Of a stretch of DNA of 64,000 bases, positions 61,887 through 64,000 are shown one piece after another. Numbering within the stretch: the first letter of the stretch is position 1; the number at the start of each line of letters is the position of its first letter. A program made the position numbers and the translations under genes. The stretch comes from an uncultured Gallionella sp. Lineage in GTDB: Bacteria; Pseudomonadota; Gammaproteobacteria; Burkholderiales; Gallionellaceae. The notes under the pieces are model-generated. The model had not been told where the DNA came from. It made no database searches and was given only the letters and a program-made list of their open reading frames with translations. The DNA is taken from positions 1,368-65,367 of the forward strand of contig CAYLOK010000009.1 of assembly GCA_964385275.1 (NCBI GenBank). The letters are read 5' to 3'.

Positions 61887-62272
61887 CACCACACGACCGG
61901 AACTGAATAAGCTGCGAACGCATGATCGACAGAGACGATGGTCATGCCTTCCACAACGGCCTGGGCAATGATCAGGCGGTCAAATGGATCTCTATGATGC
62001 TGTGGTAATTGTTCCAGATAGCTTATGTGCGATAACTCGATCGGCAATAATTTTATGTTATTTTCAAGCGTATTTTTATTCACCAACTCTTCAATTGGCA
62101 TGGCTAATGATAATTTATCGAGCTGGCTTTTGATTTGCATTTCCCAAGGCGAAGCCATACTCAAATAAAATTCATGCGCGCCCGAGCTGCATAAGTCCTG
62201 CACTGTTTTGGAAAGTCGTTCAGGGTCATCGTTGAGCCAGAGAAAAACGTGGGTGTCCAGCAACAACTTCAT
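61886..62272 (-). CDS. vapC: PIN-domain (VapC-like) toxin
   Basis: MKLLLDTHVFLW, SMASPWEMQIK and HRDPFDRLIIAQA. Confidence 0.9.
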   Translation of the reverse strand: MKLLLDTHVFLWLNDDPERLSKTVQDLCSSGAHEFYLSMASPWEMQIKSQLDKLSLAMPIEELVNKNTLENNIKLLPIELSHISYLEQLPQHHRDPFDRLIIAQAVVEGMTIVSVDHAFAAYSVPVVW

Positions 62273-62493
62273 AACTTGCCTTCCAACCAAAAACTTTCTG
62301 GCAATGGCTCATTAAAGTCATCGCTCATTTTTATAAGCCCTTGAAATAATCCCAATTTTAAGGGCTTAGATGGCTGTGCGATTTCTTCATACATGACGAT
62401 TACTCGCGCTTTATGTGCTTGTATCGTTTTGGGTAATTGCAAATGAATTTGCTGGTTGAAATCAATTTCCACTGGGAATTCGAGGGCGTGCAT
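62269..62493 (-). CDS. Putative antitoxin partner of the PIN toxin
   Basis: A 74-aa gene overlapping the PIN gene. The C-terminus KLGLFQGLIKMSDDFNEPL is typical of DUF2281-like partners. Confidence 0.7.
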   Translation of the reverse strand: MHALEFPVEIDFNQQIHLQLPKTIQAHKARVIVMYEEIAQPSKPLKLGLFQGLIKMSDDFNEPLPESFWLEGKL

Positions 62494-62552
62494 GGCGGTT
62501 TTCCTTTCAAACTAGGTTCATCTGGATTGTAGCAAGCTATCCGTGCCGGCAG

Positions 62553-62601
62553 ATAGGAAGCCGCATTTTATAGCGGCAAGTCGGGTTAAAACCCGCCCTA
62601 C
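62553..62601. repeat. GTAG-type REP with degenerate partner hairpin
   Basis: 62580-62601 reads GTAGGGCGGGTTTTAACCCGAC on the minus strand. The adjacent hairpin GCCGC-ATTTTATA-GCGGC is at 62560-62577. Confidence 0.65.
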
Positions 62602-62607
62602 ATATAT

Positions 62608-64000
62608 TCATGCAACCAGTACCTCGTTGAGTTCATCCAGCAACGTATCCATCTTCGCGCCGAACAACTGATACATTTTGCCCAGCCCGCCCTGTCCGAA
62701 TGGTGGATCTTCAAGCTCATCACGTTCAATGTGAAATGAAATAGCAACGTGGTCGCGCACCATGCGCAGCCAGTCCATTTGTTCCTCGTTGAATTTTTCT
62801 GTGCCGCCGGAGTGGTGTTTCATAATCCAGTTTCTAAAGTTGCGGCGCACGGTGGCATCAAAGTCGGTGAGCGTTTCATCCATGCCGCACACGCGGCGGA
62901 TGAGCGCCACGAGTGCAGTCAACTCACTGACTGGATTCCCGCCTGCGCGGGAATGACGAGCTGTTTGGGCTTCTAAGCGTTGATAAGCTTGCCACACATA
63001 CAAGGGGGCGAGCTTGGGTTTGTCGGTTTTGAGTTTATCCAGCACCTGGCGGATCAGGTCGTAGCTGAGTTCGCGCCTGCGATACGGCTGGCTGAAGAAG
63101 ATGGTGAGGGCGGCGATGTTGTCTTGGTTCGCCTTTAAGTATTCGGCGAATTCGTCGGCGATGGCTTGCGCGTGGTCGGCCATGTTCGCTTCCCAGCCCG
63201 CGCCCAACACGGTGTCGAGTGTGTCGTGGTCTATGGTTTGTTCTTTGTCGCGGCGGATGGTGTCGAGCAGTTCCACCAGTTCGCCATTCAGCACGCTGGC
63301 GACTTCTTGTACCAATTGCTGCTGCGCCAGTTCGCGTTTTGCGTCGCCGGGGTCTGTGCCGATTGGCTGGCCTGCGAGTTGCAGCGCGCGGGCTTCGATG
63401 TTGTCGGCATCAATCGCGCCGAATAGCTGGCCGACGAGTTGGTTGAGTTCCAACCCGCCTGCGGCTTGCCGAATCATGCGCTGGTCGTCGGCATCCAGTT
63501 GTTTGTTGAGCCGCGCCAGGCGTCCGGCCAGAGATGACACGGTGTCTTCGTCCGTCGCGCCCATCATCACCTGCATCGCCAAATCTTTAAGCGGCACGGT
63601 GGGTTTGGTGATGAGCGGCTGGCTGGCGGTCTTGAGTGATTTGGTGACGCCGATGGCATCGACGATGACATAGTGGGTCTTGGCGCTGACGGCGGAGGGG
63701 GTGACTTTGCGCAGGTCGTCGATGTCCAGCGTGCGCGTGCCGCGCCCTTTCATCTGCTCGAAGTAGTTGCGGCTTTTCACGTCGCGCATGAACAACAGGC
63801 ATTCCAGCGGCTTCACGTCCGTGCCCGTGGCGACCATGTCCACGGTGACGGCGATGCGCGGGTAATACTCGTTGCGGAATTGCTGCAATACCGACTTGGG
63901 GTCTTCGTCGGTTTTGTAGGTGAGCTTTTTGCAGAACGCATTGCGCTCGTCGAATTCCTCGCGCACGGTCTGGATGATGTCGTCGGCGTGGCTGTCGGTC
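62608..64000 (-). CDS. hsdR: Type I R-M restriction subunit (locus 2), 5' part outside the window
   Basis: RIAVTVDMVATGTDVKPLE, SRNYFEQMKGRGTR and an EcoEI-like C-terminus (QGGLGKMYQLFG...LDELNEVLVA). The frame is open to the window edge. Confidence 0.92.
   Translation of the reverse strand, partial: TDSHADDIIQTVREEFDERNAFCKKLTYKTDEDPKSVLQQFRNEYYPRIAVTVDMVATGTDVKPLECLLFMRDVKSRNYFEQMKGRGTRTLDIDDLRKVTPSAVSAKTHYVIVDAIGVTKSLKTASQPLITKPTVPLKDLAMQVMMGATDEDTVSSLAGRLARLNKQLDADDQRMIRQAAGGLELNQLVGQLFGAIDADNIEARALQLAGQPIGTDPGDAKRELAQQQLVQEVASVLNGELVELLDTIRRDKEQTIDHDTLDTVLGAGWEANMADHAQAIADEFAEYLKANQDNIAALTIFFSQPYRRRELSYDLIRQVLDKLKTDKPKLAPLYVWQAYQRLEAQTARHSRAGGNPVSELTALVALIRRVCGMDETLTDFDATVRRNFRNWIMKHHSGGTEKFNEEQMDWLRMVRDHVAISFHIERDELEDPPFGQGGLGKMYQLFGAKMDTLLDELNEVLVA
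62931..62957 (-). repeat. Single CGTC/dRS3-like palindrome in frame in hsdR
   Basis: Minus strand reads GTCATTCCCGCGCAGGCGGGAATCCAG (ATTCCC-N8-GGGAAT), translated RHSRAGGNP. Confidence 0.9.

Overview
A 64 kb chromosomal segment of a GC-rich betaproteobacterium. Gene order and protein sequences look Nitrosomonadales/Gallionellaceae-like, which is an inference. The housekeeping backbone is hemB, engB, hemL, thiE, thiD, argA, rsmE, trkAH, a Pil-Chp chemosensory operon (pilGHIJ-chpA), yqgE-yqgF-pyrB-pyrC', prlC, xth, ubiH-pepP, murU-amgK, lptD-surA-pdxA-rsmA and ampG. Three restriction-modification loci interrupt it, and no integrase or transposase is visible. (1) An AT-rich HTH-methyltransferase plus putative PD-(D/E)xK nuclease pair lies between pyrB and pyrC'. 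(2) A type I locus lies between prlC and xth and carries a rhuM fragment, an AlbA_2/Schlafen-type gene and a Phd/RelE-like toxin-antitoxin pair. (3) A second type I locus lies after ampG, carries vapBC, BRO-N and GIY-YIG genes, and is cut by the window end. The most striking unexplained structure is a set of short palindromic elements. CGTC/dRS3-like doublets (GTCATTCCC...GGGAATCCA) bracket the GIY-YIG and BRO-N genes in direct orientation and carry polarised arrays of 24-26 bp half-units. Palindromic elements of three families sit in frame inside four of the six hsd genes. An inverted pair of near-identical elements flanks the 3' half of hsdS2. Also notable are a candidate small RNA next to hemB, a CYP172-like P450 paired with an alpha/beta hydrolase, and a GGDEF-hemerythrin with an altered iron ligand. 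No tRNA, rRNA or CRISPR array was seen. All calls are by eye, with no database searches.
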